From: Hormiphora californensis
Taxonomy: Eukaryota > Animalia > Ctenophora
Assembly (NCBI GenBank): GCA_020137815.1
Contig: CM035352.1
Span: 8,184,001 to 8,248,000 of the forward strand
Direction of reading: 5' to 3'
DNA: 64,000 bases
Below, one piece after another: positions 12,255-24,637 of the stretch. Made by a program: the position numbers and the translations under genes. The first letter of the stretch is position 1; every line of letters starts with the position of its first letter. Below the pieces are notes generated by a model that worked only from the letters and a program-made list of their open reading frames with translations, had not been told where the DNA came from and searched no databases.

Positions 12255-14352
12255 CGCAGCAGGATTTTCTTGATGAACCTGATGGAAACTGTACGGGACG
12301 ACATACTACGGGAGGTAAAACTGTCCCTGGACTCAATGAGACAGGATTTCCAGGCTAACTCCACCACGGCCCCAATATCTTCCCCTCAGCCAGCCCTGTG
12401 CAACAACTCCAATGCTATTCCCAGGAGCACTGGAAAGATTTCGAAATTACTCAGTATCAACGCCCGTAGTTTAACCCTCTTCTGCGGGTAGCGAATGTAA
12501 GTGGAAGCTTCCCTATCTCAGGACACACTTACAAATTCTCTTCAACCCCCATACTATGCACTGCTATAACTGAAACTTGGTGGAGTGATGCATTTAGTGA
12601 TGCTCAGTTGAACATTGAAGGTTTCCACCTCATCAGGAGTGACCGTGATGGTAGAAGAGTGGGGGGTGTTGCCCTCTATGTAAACAGCCAACTTCCTATC
12701 TCACTCGACTACCGTTACCTCTGATTCCTCCAGCAGTGCGCTATCGTGTACATTAAAGAAAGCCACTCCATTCTAGCGTGGTTTATCGTGCACCAAATGC
12801 TCCAATTGCCGATCTTCTCAACGGTGTTGTCCCAATTCATCGACAGTTGGGCGCACATTTGACTACGTCCGTCACGGACATTTTCTTAACAGGGGGACTT
12901 AAAGCCGGCACAACTGGGTGTCCAGGAAGCCCGATACTGCATCCCGAACCTGCTCGACTTCTCAGCCTCTCATTTCCTAACTCAATTGTCGATGGTCCAA
13001 CCAGAGGATCCAATACCCTGGACCTTGTTTTGACTAACAGACCTGATTATGTCATAGATACCAATGTATCAGATCCAAACTTTTCCGATCACCAAATGGT
13101 AACATGTACTCTTGGGTTTGGTATCAAGTCCCAGCCAGTTCGGACTCCAATCTTGAGGATTTCTTGCATTCAATTTTCATGAAGCGGACTTCCCATCAAT
13201 GCGTAACGAGCTAAACCTTATCGACTGGGATGCTCTTGCTGATATCTGTAATGACAGGGACGGATCAGATTTTGTCCAACTTTTCAATTTGACCATCTTG
13301 CAGGTCTTGTCTCATCACTCCAAGAGGAAAAGAAAGCGGGAACCAACGTCGTGATCCTATTTTGAGACGCCTGAAAATCAAGCAGAGAAGTCTCAACAAA
13401 CGTTTGTCTATCGCTCGGCAACACACTACTCCAAATCTATCACAACTTGAAATTAGTGTTGCCAGGGTCACGCTGAGGATAATGGCCCACATCTCACAGC
13501 GGTTGGATGATGAGGACAGGGGGCTTTGGATAAAATCAAGTCAAATCCGAAGTTTTTCTGGTCCTATGCAAATCGAAAGCGTAAAATGCGTTCACGGATT
13601 CCACCACTTTTACGAGAGGATGGATCACTACACGGATGAAGCTTCTGAAAAGGCCGAGTTATTCCAGTCCCAATTCACTTCTGTATTTAGCTCCCCTTCT
13701 ACATCCCCTTCAGCTGCAGCCTCATCTATATCGCCATCAACGTCCAGTATTTCAGACATATTGTTCTCTCCATCGCATTGAGAAGGCGTTAGCCGATCTG
13801 AACCCTTACTCCGCAGGCCCACCAGGGGATATTCCCGCCAGAATCTACGTGACTGTCGGTCATCTCTATCATACCCTTTGTATATCCTGTGGTGTAAATC
13901 ATTCAACTCAGGTGCAGTTCCTACGTACCTGAAGCAGCAGTTCATATCACCCCTCTACAAAAAGGGTTCTAAGTCATGTGCTGCAAACTATCGGCCAATT
14001 TCATTGACCAGTCACATTACTAAACTTTCGAAAGAGTTGTTCGTTCCCAACTTGTATCGTATTTTGAGTCAGAAAATCTTTTTAATGACTCTCAACATGG
14101 ATTAAAGTAAGGCGGAGCTGTCTTTCGCAACTCACTCGTCATATTGACAACCTACTGAACAATCTCAATGGTCTCCTCCTGAGGTGATGTTATCTACCTC
14201 GATTTTGAGAAGGCATTTGATAAGGTGGACATTGGCATTCTATTGGAAAAACTCCAGAATAGGGTGTCAAGGGCAGACTTTTATCTTGGCTAGTAGTTTT
14301 CCTTACCGATCGGATGCAAACTGTTATGGTCGACGGTGTCCCTTCCTCTTTC
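12255..14352 (+). mobile_element. Second copy of the LINE, frameshifted and 3'-truncated
   Basis: Matches 4751-6860 at the same insertion point. Stops at a ctctttc microhomology joining it to copy 3. Confidence 0.85.
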
Positions 14353-14575
14353 ATTTCTCTCTAGTCTCTCGTTTCTCTTTCATTTCTCTTTCTATTCATT
14401 CTTATCAAGATCTTCTCGATATAATGTTATAATTTCTTAATATCTCACACATATTCGCATCTTGTCCCAGCCGATTATTCTGTCACTTTTTACTAAACGC
14501 ATGCCATCAATCCTTATATGCAGAACACTGAACACTGTTCAGTGAACACATATCCAGTCATGTCAGAGATATTAT

Positions 14576-17456
14576 CAGGGTGTAAACTGCATGTCGTGTT
14601 TGCTAGTCGCGAGCGCGCTTGCGAGACAAGTAAACACGTCAAGGTTCATTAACAAGCATGCTGCTCAGTCATTTTAGATTTAATACACAATGTAAGGATA
14701 CCATGTAATAGGTGAGACTCTTGCCGTCACCCTCGTTCAAGTCCCGTGAAAAACGGAGCAGTACACGCAAACTGATGCCCATTTTCCTCGCGTGACCCCG
14801 ATTCAGCAGTTTGAGACACCAACTCTTTAGGGGGCCATATCTCAGGAACCAGACAAGATAGGAAAAATCGCCGTCTAATGAGGCGTACAGTTTTTAATCT
14901 AGTTTACCACTGTACCGGCCGTTTCACTCTCCGACCTAAAACAAAAATCGCAACCCCACAAAACTTCAAAATAATGAAATTCGCATCTCGCATGTCGTGT
15001 TGCATGTCGTGTCATGTTATTGACGCGCTCGCGTTCAACTCTCACACAGCAGCTGCAGAACATGGCGGGAAACATCGAGGAGTAGAGAGAGGGTCGGTGC
15101 CGAATCAAATATTTCTTGATCTTGATCTACTCCATCTCTCAGCTATCCTACCCCTCATCAACTCGATCTCTCAGCTACCCTACCCCTCATCTACTCCATC
15201 TTTCAGCTACCCTACCCCTCATCTACTCCATCTTTCAGCTACCCTACCCCTTATCTAGTCCATCTCTCAGCTACCCTACTCCTCATCTACTCCATCTCTC
15301 AGCTTCCCTATTAGGGAAGCATAGAGATGGAAACGATTAGGGGTAGGGAATCCCTATCCATAATCGTTTCCATCTCTATGCTTCCCTAGCCCTCATCAAC
15401 TCCATCTTTCAGCTACCCTACCCCTAATCTAGTCCATCTCTCCGCTACCCTACTCCTCATCTACTCCATCTCTCAGCTACCCTACCTCCCATTTACTCCA
15501 TCTCTCAACTTCCCTACCTCCCATTTACTCCATCTCTCAGCTACCCTACCTCCCATTTACTCCATCTCTCATTTATCCTAACATTCCTACCCCTGAGAGA
15601 TGGAGTAAATGGGAGGTAGAGAAGCTGAGAGATGGAGTAAATGGGAGGTAGGGAAGCTGAGAGATGGAGTAAATGGGAGGTAGGGTAGCTGAGAGATGGA
15701 GTAAATGGGAGGAAGGGAAGCTGAGAGATGGAGTAAATGGAAGGTAAGGTAGCTGAGAGATGGAGTAAATGGGAGGTAGGGAAGCTGAGAGATGGAGTAA
15801 ATGGGAGGTAGGGAAGCTGAGAGATGGAGTAAATGGGAGGTAGGGAAGCTGAGAGATGGAGTAAATGGGAGGTAGGGTAGCTGAGAGATGGAGTACTAAA
15901 TGAGAGGTAGGGAAGCTGAGAGATGGAGTAAATGGGAGGTAGGGAAGCTGAGAAATGGAGTAAATGGGAGGTAGGGAAGCTGAGAGATTGATCAAATGGG
16001 AGGTAGGGTAGCTGAGGGATAGAGTAAATGGGAGGTAGGGAAGCTGAGAGATGGAGTAAATGGAAGGTAGGTAAGCTGAGAGATGGAGTAAATGGGAGGT
16101 AGGGTATCTGAGAGATGGAGTAAATGGGAGGTAGGGAAGCTGAGATATGGAGTAAATGGGAGGTAGGTAAGCTAAGAGATGGAGTAAATGGGAGGTAGGG
16201 AAGCTGAGAGATGGAGTAAATGGGAGGTAGGGTAGCTGATAGATGGAGTGAATGGGAGGTTGGGTAGCTGAGAGATGGAGTAAATGGGAGGTAGGGAAGC
16301 TGAGAGATGGAGTAAATGGGAGGTAGGGAAGCTGAGAGATGGAGTAAATGGGAGGTAGGTATGCTGAGAGATGGAGTAAATGGGAGGTAGGGTATCTGAA
16401 AGATGGAGTAAATGGCAGTTAGGGAAGCTGAGATATGGAGTAAATGGGAGGTAGGTAAGCTGAGAGATGGAGTAAATGGGAGGTAGGGAAGCTGAGAGAT
16501 GGAGTAAATGGGAGGTAGGGTAGCTGAGAGATGGAGTAAATGGGAGGTAGGGTAGCTGAGAGATGGAGTAGATGAGGAGTAGGGTAGCGGAGAGATGGAC
16601 TAGATTAGGGGTAGGGTAGCTGAAAGATGGAGTTGATGAGGGCTAGAGAAGCATAGAGATGGAAACGATTATGGATAGGGATTCCCTACCCCTAATCGTT
16701 TCCATCTCTATGCTTCCCTAATAGGGAAGCTGAGAGATGGAGTAGATGAGGAGTAGGGTAGCTGAGAGATGGACTAGATAAGGGGTAGGGTAGCTGAAAG
16801 ATGGAGTAGATGAGGGGTAGGGTAGCTGAAAGATGGAGTAGATGAGGGGTAGGGTAGCTGAGAGATCGAGTTGATGAGGGGTAGGATAGCTGAGAGATGG
16901 AGTAGATCAAGATCAAGAAATATTTGATTCGGCACCGACCCTCTCTCTACTCCTCGATGTTTCCCGCCATGTTCTGCAGCTGCTGTGTGAGAGTTGAACG
17001 CGAGCGCGTCAATAACATGACACGACATGCAACACGACATGCGAGATGCGAATTTCATTATTTTGAAGTTTTGTGGGGTTGCGATTTTTGTTTTAGGTCG
17101 GAGAGTGAAACGGCCGGTACAGTGGTAAACTAGATTAAAAACTGTACGCCTCATTAGACGGCGATTTTTCCTATCTTGTCTGGTTCCTGAGATATGGCCC
17201 CCTAAAGAGTTGGTGTCTCAAACTGCTGAATCGGGGTCACGCGAGGAAAATGGGCATCAGTTTGCGTGTACTGCTCCGTTTTTCACGGGACTTGAACGAG
17301 GGTGACGGCAAGAGTCTCACCTATTACATGGTATCCTTACATTGTGTATTAAATCTAAAATGACTGAGCAGCATGCTTGTTAATGAACCTTGACGTGTTT
17401 ACTTGTCTCGCAAGCGCGCTCGCGACTAGCAAACACGACATGCAGTTCACACCCTG
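14576..17456. mobile_element. Foldback-type non-autonomous DNA transposon (2881 bp, ~1-kb TIRs, 32-bp minisatellite core)
   Basis: cagggtgtaaactgcatg...catgcagttcacaccctg. 5-bp TSD attat at 14571-14575 and 17457-17461. Empty site gagatattatacttg at ~2615-2629. Confidence 0.9.
15125..16905. repeat. 32-bp minisatellite gagatggagtaaatgggaggtagggaagctga, orientation switching at ~15575-15595
   Basis: Tandem units are visible. The translation repeats every 32 aa, equal to 3 units. Confidence 0.9.
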
Positions 17457-18521
17457 ATTATACTTGTCTTAAATATTATATGCATACACCTCATCTCTCA
17501 TTTTTCTCAATCTGATTGTGAATGTATTGATTTGAGAATTCTTCCTGGAGCTGGTAACAATAGCACTCACTCTCAGCAGCACAGTCGACAGACAAACAAA
17601 TTGAGAAGAAGGGGTAAGGGAGAAAAGGGGAGATAGAAAGGGAGAGGGAGATAGAATGGGAGAGAATGGGGAGATAGAAAGGGAGAGAAAGGGGGAGATA
17701 GAAAGGGAGAGAATGTGAGATAGAAAGGGAGAAAAGTGGAGATAGAAAGGGAGACAGAGGGGGAGAATGGGGAGAGAAAGAAGAGATAAAGGGAGAGAGA
17801 GGGGAGAGAATGGGAGATATAAAGGGAGAAAAGGGGGGAGATAGAAAGGGTGATAGAAAGGGAGAAAAGGGGAGAGAATGAGGGAGAGAAAGGGGGAGAG
17901 AGAATGGGAGAGAGAGAGAAAGAGCAGAGAAAGGGGGAGAGAGAGAAAGAGAGAGAAAGGGGGAGAGAGAGAAAGAGGAGAGAATGGGGGGGGGAGATAG
18001 AATGGGAGAGAGAGAGAGAGAGAGAGAGAAAGGGGAGAGAGAGAAAGAGGAGAGAGAGAATGGGAGAGAGAAAGACATGTTATAAAGAATAATATAAAGA
18101 AGATGGAAGAGCAAGATTGAAAGCGTGCGTGTGTGTACTTGTACTTTGTACAAAGTTGTATAGGGGTGGAGATAATTATTTCTTTTCAGGAGATCTTTTT
18201 ACTAGCAGCCCCAACACCAATTGTTTACCCCCATCCCCCCTCTCACCCCTCAACCCCCCCCCCTCTCACCCTCACCCCCCCCCCCCTCTCAACCCCACCC
18301 GCTGACACAAAAGATACAAACATGCCTTTATCGACCCTCTATCTCACCGCACCCCACGTTGCCTTTATCGACCCTCTATCTCACCGCACCCCACGCACCC
18401 AAACTATAGGGACACTATGATTCTGATAATGATGTATTGATATATATATTGAGGGATTCCTTGCTCGACCCTGTTTCACCGCACCCCGGTAAATGAGGGT
18501 TAGAAATGAGGGGGATCCTAC

Positions 18522-19452
18522 CTCTGACTGAGAGTCTCCGTGTGTTAATTATCTTGGCTGCGAAGTCTTTAGATTGTTGTTTGTGTGTACATCGTCGTAC
18601 CACACTGAACGCCCCCCTGAGAGAAATATTTGTATCAGTGGACTAGAAAGGGAAGAATACGCTGTGGTATTTGGGTTAGATACTCTGAGATATACTACAC
18701 ACTTCACACGTGGGTTAGATACCCTGTATACCAGGAGATATATACCTAACATTATTATGCTGAAACACAAGCAGAATTATGCAATAGAATTATAGGTAGC
18801 AGATACAGTGCAGTAACACGAAGGCACACATGTCAAGTATAACTGCACTGAACGGAGCACATTGTATTGTGATAGAGTTTGTAAATAATCCTTGCTTATT
18901 TATACCACACACCACCATCCCTGCTTTGCAGGTCGGACAGTGTAGCGAATCACCGTGACCCGGGTGACCCACTACATGTAAACTCGGGTTTGTTATCTTC
19001 GTCAAAATGTGCTTTGGCCTTCGTCTGTTGCTCAAAAAGAGCATAATAAACAGCTGACAATCAACTTCAAAGTCCCTCTCTCCCAGGTAGCAGAGAGAAA
19101 GGGAATCAGAGCCATAGTTACCACATACCCGGGGTGGTATGGAGGTTTGCTGAGCATACTTCATGGTTTAGTAACAACAAAGTACAAACAATGAACAATC
19201 AGCATACTTTGCTTCTGGAGCACGGATCTGGCAGTATTCATGAGTAAATATTTGTAAAATTCTTCCCTTCAAGGCACTACTGTAGTCTTAAGGGGCGTTT
19301 TCATCGAAAACGCCCCTTTACACAAAAACTTTTCGTCCTGACTTAGGCCGATTGTGTGAAACTCTACAAGTTTTAAAAGTTAGCTAGTCGGTTTTGCGGT
19401 ATACTCACTTCCCGATTTCTTCTTTCATGTCATAAATATCGTAGAACCTCAT
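18522..19452 (-). CDS. CAMK2: CaMKII exons 1-2, copy 3 (intron 1 has no LINE)
   Basis: Exon 1 at 19452-19409 and exon 2 at 18616-18522 encode the same peptides as copy 1, with GT-AG sites. Confidence 0.88.
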
Positions 19453-20298
19453 CCTTCTAAAAGTAACGATTAATATTAACGTGAGGAGAGTACAAATGGT
19501 TCAAGGAGGACGAAAAATCGTATTTTGAAAATCCTAAAACCGAAGTTTCAAAATTCTTGAGGAGTTTTTATTTTTCAAACAAATTTTATTTTGAATTTTC
19601 ATCGCGCGCACGCGCAAATACTTGCTACGTCGTAAACATTTTATATGCGCCACAGCCATTTAATTGCGGAACAAATAAAACCGACAACCGTTTGTACGAG
19701 CGAATATAATCTTGTACACACTCTTGATGGAGCAGTAAAACAATGCATTCACACAGTGTTGTGGATAGATGCAGCATGTCACTCAGCGTGTGTGATGAAG
19801 GCAATCGAGTGTCTCCTAAACAAATGATGCTGCACGCCGAGAGAAAGAAGACAAAACACAATAGTTCGTTTGATCAAAACATATTGGATACAACAAAATT
19901 ATTGCCAGAAAATAACCATTAATTGATAGTAATATGTAGTATAGTATCAACTTCATATATTATTAATATTCAATATCCCCAAAAATTAATAAAAATGCTT
20001 CTATTTCCCCAAGTACTCTCCAAACAAAATTCAAAAGGTACCATTTAATAACCAGGCAGCTAACTCGCAAATACGCAAACACACAGACACACAGTAGTAT
20101 GATTCATTTGTAATTTTGGCTAATTGTCATATTATATACACACGGACAGGGGTACAAAAACACACAAACTGTACACTAAAAACATACAATAAATAGCCTT
20201 TCTCTCTCTTCAGTCAATATTTCCATCAGTTATACCCATTAGCAGGAAGAAAGGCGGGGAAGAAGTAATCTATCCAAACACACCTAGTATTATAACAC

Positions 20299-23200
20299 TC
20301 AGGAATCCAGGAGGAGATCTTCCCAGTTAGTTGGCTGGGATGTTAGGGACATTACATCAGCGACTATTGATTTGGCCTGTTCAACTGCTGCCTCCTCGGT
20401 TATCTCCTCCTTCCCAAACAACTTCATAACACTCTTTTTCAGCTTCTCCGAACCTGCAGAGGGGAGTAGTTTAGTGGCTTTAAACAAACAGAGTGTAGAT
20501 CGAGATATAAGAGCCAGAGAGTAAGACGGAAGAGAAACGAATATTGTATTGAAACACTGTCAACACTTCATAACTCGCCGGATAAATTTTGGCAACAATC
20601 GGAAACACACTTCGCTCACATCTTATCCAGCTACAACTTGTTTACGAGTCTCATATATCCTGGACCTAGTCTAAAGATATAAAACTCTAATCTATAGTAC
20701 CTTGTGGCGTATTGAGAAGATGTCTATCTTGTGTCTGGTACACTCCCCATTCATCCACTGCACTTAGCGTATAATCACTCTCCGGAATAGACCAGAATTT
20801 CCTGTCATCTAGAATATCCTCCCCTTGATCTTCGACTTCAGCTGAAAAATAGGACATTTGGATTACATTGTATTGTTCATACTATTAACAACAGCACAAG
20901 GATTACATACACAATATTTGTGGTTAAACATTTTTTTGTATAAACAGGGGTCGAGCAAGGCAAGGTAAACACAGTATCCCAGGATTTATGAGTATGATAT
21001 TTTACCTTTACTGGTTGAAGGAGATTTCTGTGTAGTTCCTCGATTTCTCTTCTGTGATGCGGGACTGGATGCTTTGGAACTTGATGGAGAGTCCCCTCTA
21101 GGAGGGGCAGGGAGGAACATTGCAGGTTTAGGGGACGGACTACTTGAAACAGCTAGGGACTCCATTTTGCTTGTCACTTCTTTAGCAGATGTTCGTGTAG
21201 CTGCTGGGGGAGAGGAATTTGGGTAAACTGCCAAAAATGGACAAAATCTTGATTGATTTCCAGCCAAGGAAAAACATCTGACTGAATCTCTGTGATAAAT
21301 CCAGGGATCGTGCCAGGAAACGCGCGTGAAAGGAGTGCTGTAACTGCGTACTCTCACCACAACGCGCACTCCGCTCCCTCCCACACACAAGACACAACAA
21401 CACACAGCACCATTCTCCCCCAGCTCACGGATATTAGATCAGTGTTGGGCGTTTTGCCGTCAACACTAAAAATACATACCTGCAGAATTGAGTCGCAGTG
21501 TCCGTTCTTCTCTTCTCCGTGTTTCTAGCTGCAGACGCAGTTCATTCAAGTATCTTTTGTACTGGTCACTCCTCAGATAGGAATCGAAGAAAAACTGAAG
21601 AGATGGAGAGAAAAATAAAGGGAAGTAAGCTAACAATAAAGAGAACTAAACACGGGCTAAACACTCGCAGAAATGGACTGACAGAGCAAAACTATTGGTA
21701 ATGAAATTACCCCTCATCGCGAGCGTAATATAGGAGTGACTTCTTAACCAAGCAAAACTAGAAATACAAGGGTCTACAGGCAGATATTCCAACCTTGTTC
21801 ATGTAGTGGTAACAGTACTGCTGTGCTATCAGAAAGGCATCGGGTGTTATAATTCCATTATCAGGGCAAATACTGCTCTCTACTATTCCCCGTATAATTC
21901 GACCGTAGTTGACTGGTTTTCGGGCCTGATCGAGGGAGAGGAGATTAGTTAAACTGTAGATCCTTCCTTGAAAGCCTCGGTAAAGTTAGAGACTAATACT
22001 ACATATTATTATGATTACATAATCGAAATTCGAATCATGAATCAGTTCAATTAGATTTGTTGAAATATACCTGTAAGGAGAGGTAAGTATCGTATAGAGC
22101 TATTGCGTCATTCCCTAATTCTTCAACACTGGCACTACCCGCTGACCCTCTAAGATGCTCCTGAAACGCCTCGACAGACACCCAGAATAGCACATGATTC
22201 TCCTCACTCCTGTTGAATATATTTAGTAGCATGTGCCACTTTTGGCGGTGTATCTCAATTTGGAAGATTAGTTGGGGTACGTGGTGAGATATTGATTGGA
22301 AATTAGTACTCAGTAGTTAGTCAGTGAGTTACAGTATCCGTATGAGTTATTGACATCGTGCCATAGAGAGAGAGAAAGAGAGAGACAGAGAACACACTAA
22401 AATGAGACAAAGAGAAATACCAAAAACTCTGACAGCTGTGTAACCGAGTGTAGTAATAAACCCCAGCTGTATTACAGTAGTGCAGCTGTGAAGCAATATA
22501 ACCAAAATACAGAGGCCTGTAAAACTAAGTGCTTATAAAAAGTGCTTCAACCTTCTCACCCCGCTGCAGTATTGTAATAGAACTGAGTACTGCAGAGGAG
22601 AGAGGGTCTAGCGGGGGGGGGGGGGGGGGGGGATCAAGATTTAACTGCGTGACACTCATGCCAGTTAGGGTGGGTGGGTGTACGAGGGGTCTGGCAGTTA
22701 AGTCTTGATCCCCCCCCCCGGGTCTAGCAATTCATTTGTTTTGTTTGATTGGGGTTGCTCATCTGGAACTGTTATAATAAACAGTCAGATCACCCAGCCT
22801 TAAGTGCCGGATCATCCTTTCGGAATCACCACCAGATCGTGATATGAAACAACACATACCTGTATTCAAGATACTCCATTAGAAATGGTATCGCACTCTC
22901 GCACAACAACACATCCGCCAACACTAATTCCTTTCTACACAGCTCTAGTTGTGCACTGGTACAATAGCTACTCCTTAGGAACTTGGGTACGTGGTAGTCG
23001 GTTAGCACGTGCTTTACATGTGTAATAGCTGGTTCAAATACCCTGGGAAGTGTATGGGATTATATTATTGAGACTGGTGTATCATGGTGATTGGGGGAAA
23101 TATTCACAAGCAATATTTTACAGCCAAGTTGAAAGGAGAACAAAGATTCTGAAGCGGATTTATCTAATGGATGCGCTCTCATGATGTGCTCTCATGTTGG

Positions 23201-24439
23201 ACAAAGTGTTGAATAACATGTTTCTTACCTGCATATAACCTACAAATAACATGTTTCTAATACCTGCAGTCAACTTTCCCATCCTCGGGCGATATGTTAT
23301 TCTCTACAGTCCTTCTGACATTCTCAGGGAGCGAGATGGCATGGGTAGAATTCATCGATATAAATCGGGAGTAGATATCTAGTGCGTCACATTGTATACT
23401 GTTACCATGGTGACATTTCTCACTCGCCTCAGTGAATGTATCACACGCAAAGAGGAAGTGGAGGAGTCGCACACTCTTACAATATTCCAGGTACTGCAGG
23501 GAGAGGGTTATTATATGAGTGATTTGTTATGATCCATTTGTTGCGGGGCAATGGGTAATGATGGGGGAATCAGATAGAGAGATAACATGCACGGACTAGT
23601 AAGAAGCAAAACTAACTGGTAGTGTCTTCTGACCTGTATAAAGTATGGTAGACAGTGTAAGGCGCTAAGGCACTGCTCTAAACCGGGTTTTAATCTCGAG
23701 AAGCCAGGAAATGGTGCCGCTGAGATGAGATCTTTTTGCTCCATCAGCTGGTCCTCACTAGTTAGCCTGCATTCTCTGGGGGGTATTGATTCCCCTCTTT
23801 GTCTAGCTGGTGGTGGTTTTTTAGGTTGTCGAGGCGGGGGCTCTGAAAAATACAAAACTGTGTTAGTTGGTGTGTTGACTATACTCAAAAGAAACAGATG
23901 ACATGGAAATACAGATCAGTAAACACTAAATCAGTCACCAAATCTCTTAACACAGTGCTAATAACACAGGGTAAGCAGTAAGCAGTAAGCGGTATAAATA
24001 CTAGTATAATATCTATTGGGAGTAAGTAGTTAGTGATGGGCTAAGAGGGATGACTGGTAGGGGTGAATCAGTTCAACAGAGAAGACAAGTTAATCGAGGT
24101 ACATTTTGTTACATGTTACAGTGTGTGTAACACGAGTTAATCGAGGTACAGTGTGTAACATGTTTAATCGAGGTACAGTGTGTAACATGAGTTAATCGAG
24201 GTACAGTGTGTAACATGAGTTAATCGAGGTACAGTGTGTGTAACATGTTAATCGGGGTACACAGTGTGTAACATGAGTTAATCGAGATACAGTGTGTAAC
24301 ACGATTTAATCGAGGTACAGAGAGGTACAATGAGGTGATCATTGATGTGAGGTACAGAGAGGTACAGTGTGTAACCTGCAATTAAAATATCCGGTTCCAT
24401 GTAATATTCATTAAAGGAGTGCTTGTTGCGACTGTACAT
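20299..24439 (-). CDS. AKAP10: A-kinase anchor protein 10 (D-AKAP2)-like: RGS domains plus C-terminal PKA-binding helix, multi-exon
   Basis: RGS-like exons: LEQCLSALHCLPYFIQ, LLHFLFACDTF...DALDIYSRFISMNSTHAISLP, LADVLLCESAIPFLMEYLE, VLFWVSVEAFQ...DAIALYDTYLSLQ. Last exon EEAAVEQAKSIVADVM resembles the AKAP10 AKB helix. The start exon at 24439 is tentative. Confidence 0.8.
22613..22719. mobile_element. Tiny MITE with 9-bp TSD (Mutator-like) in an AKAP10 intron
   Basis: TSD gggtctagc at 22604-22612 and 22720-22728. TIRs polyG-atcaagatttaactgc and gcagttaagtcttgat-polyC. Confidence 0.75.
24090..24376. repeat. ~26-28-bp minisatellite (ttaatcgaggtacagtgtgtaacatgag)
   Basis: About 9 degenerate tandem units. 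Confidence 0.8.
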
Positions 24440-24637
24440 GATGGCATTCACTGGAAGGAGAAAGGTGAGTGAGATTTGTTCGACCCTCTCTCTCTCTACA
24501 AATGTAAAGGAGGAGAAAGGTGAGTGAGATGTGTGGGCACTCAATAAAATATAAAACAACTTTTCAAGTGTCTACTGGATTGGTGAGGTAGTTAAGTTTT
24601 AGTCAGTTTTTAAGGGAAATCTAGAGTTTTGGGTTTA

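Larger units (their letters stand above)
1665..19820. repeat. Three successive copies of the CaMKII 5' region (copy 1 ~1665-9135, copy 2 ~9349-14352, copy 3 ~14346-19820)
   Basis: The copies align directly. Copy 2 is an indel-noisy version of copy 1. Copy 3 is diverged and carries a different transposon content. Confidence 0.9.

Noticed and set aside
15594-16560. CRISPR-sized 32-bp repeats
   Set aside because: Head-to-tail units without spacers, inside a foldback element
14878-17154. Mirror-image 126-aa ORFs, and similar mirror ORFs at 24901-25733
   Set aside because: They are by-products of inverted repeats and show no transposase motifs
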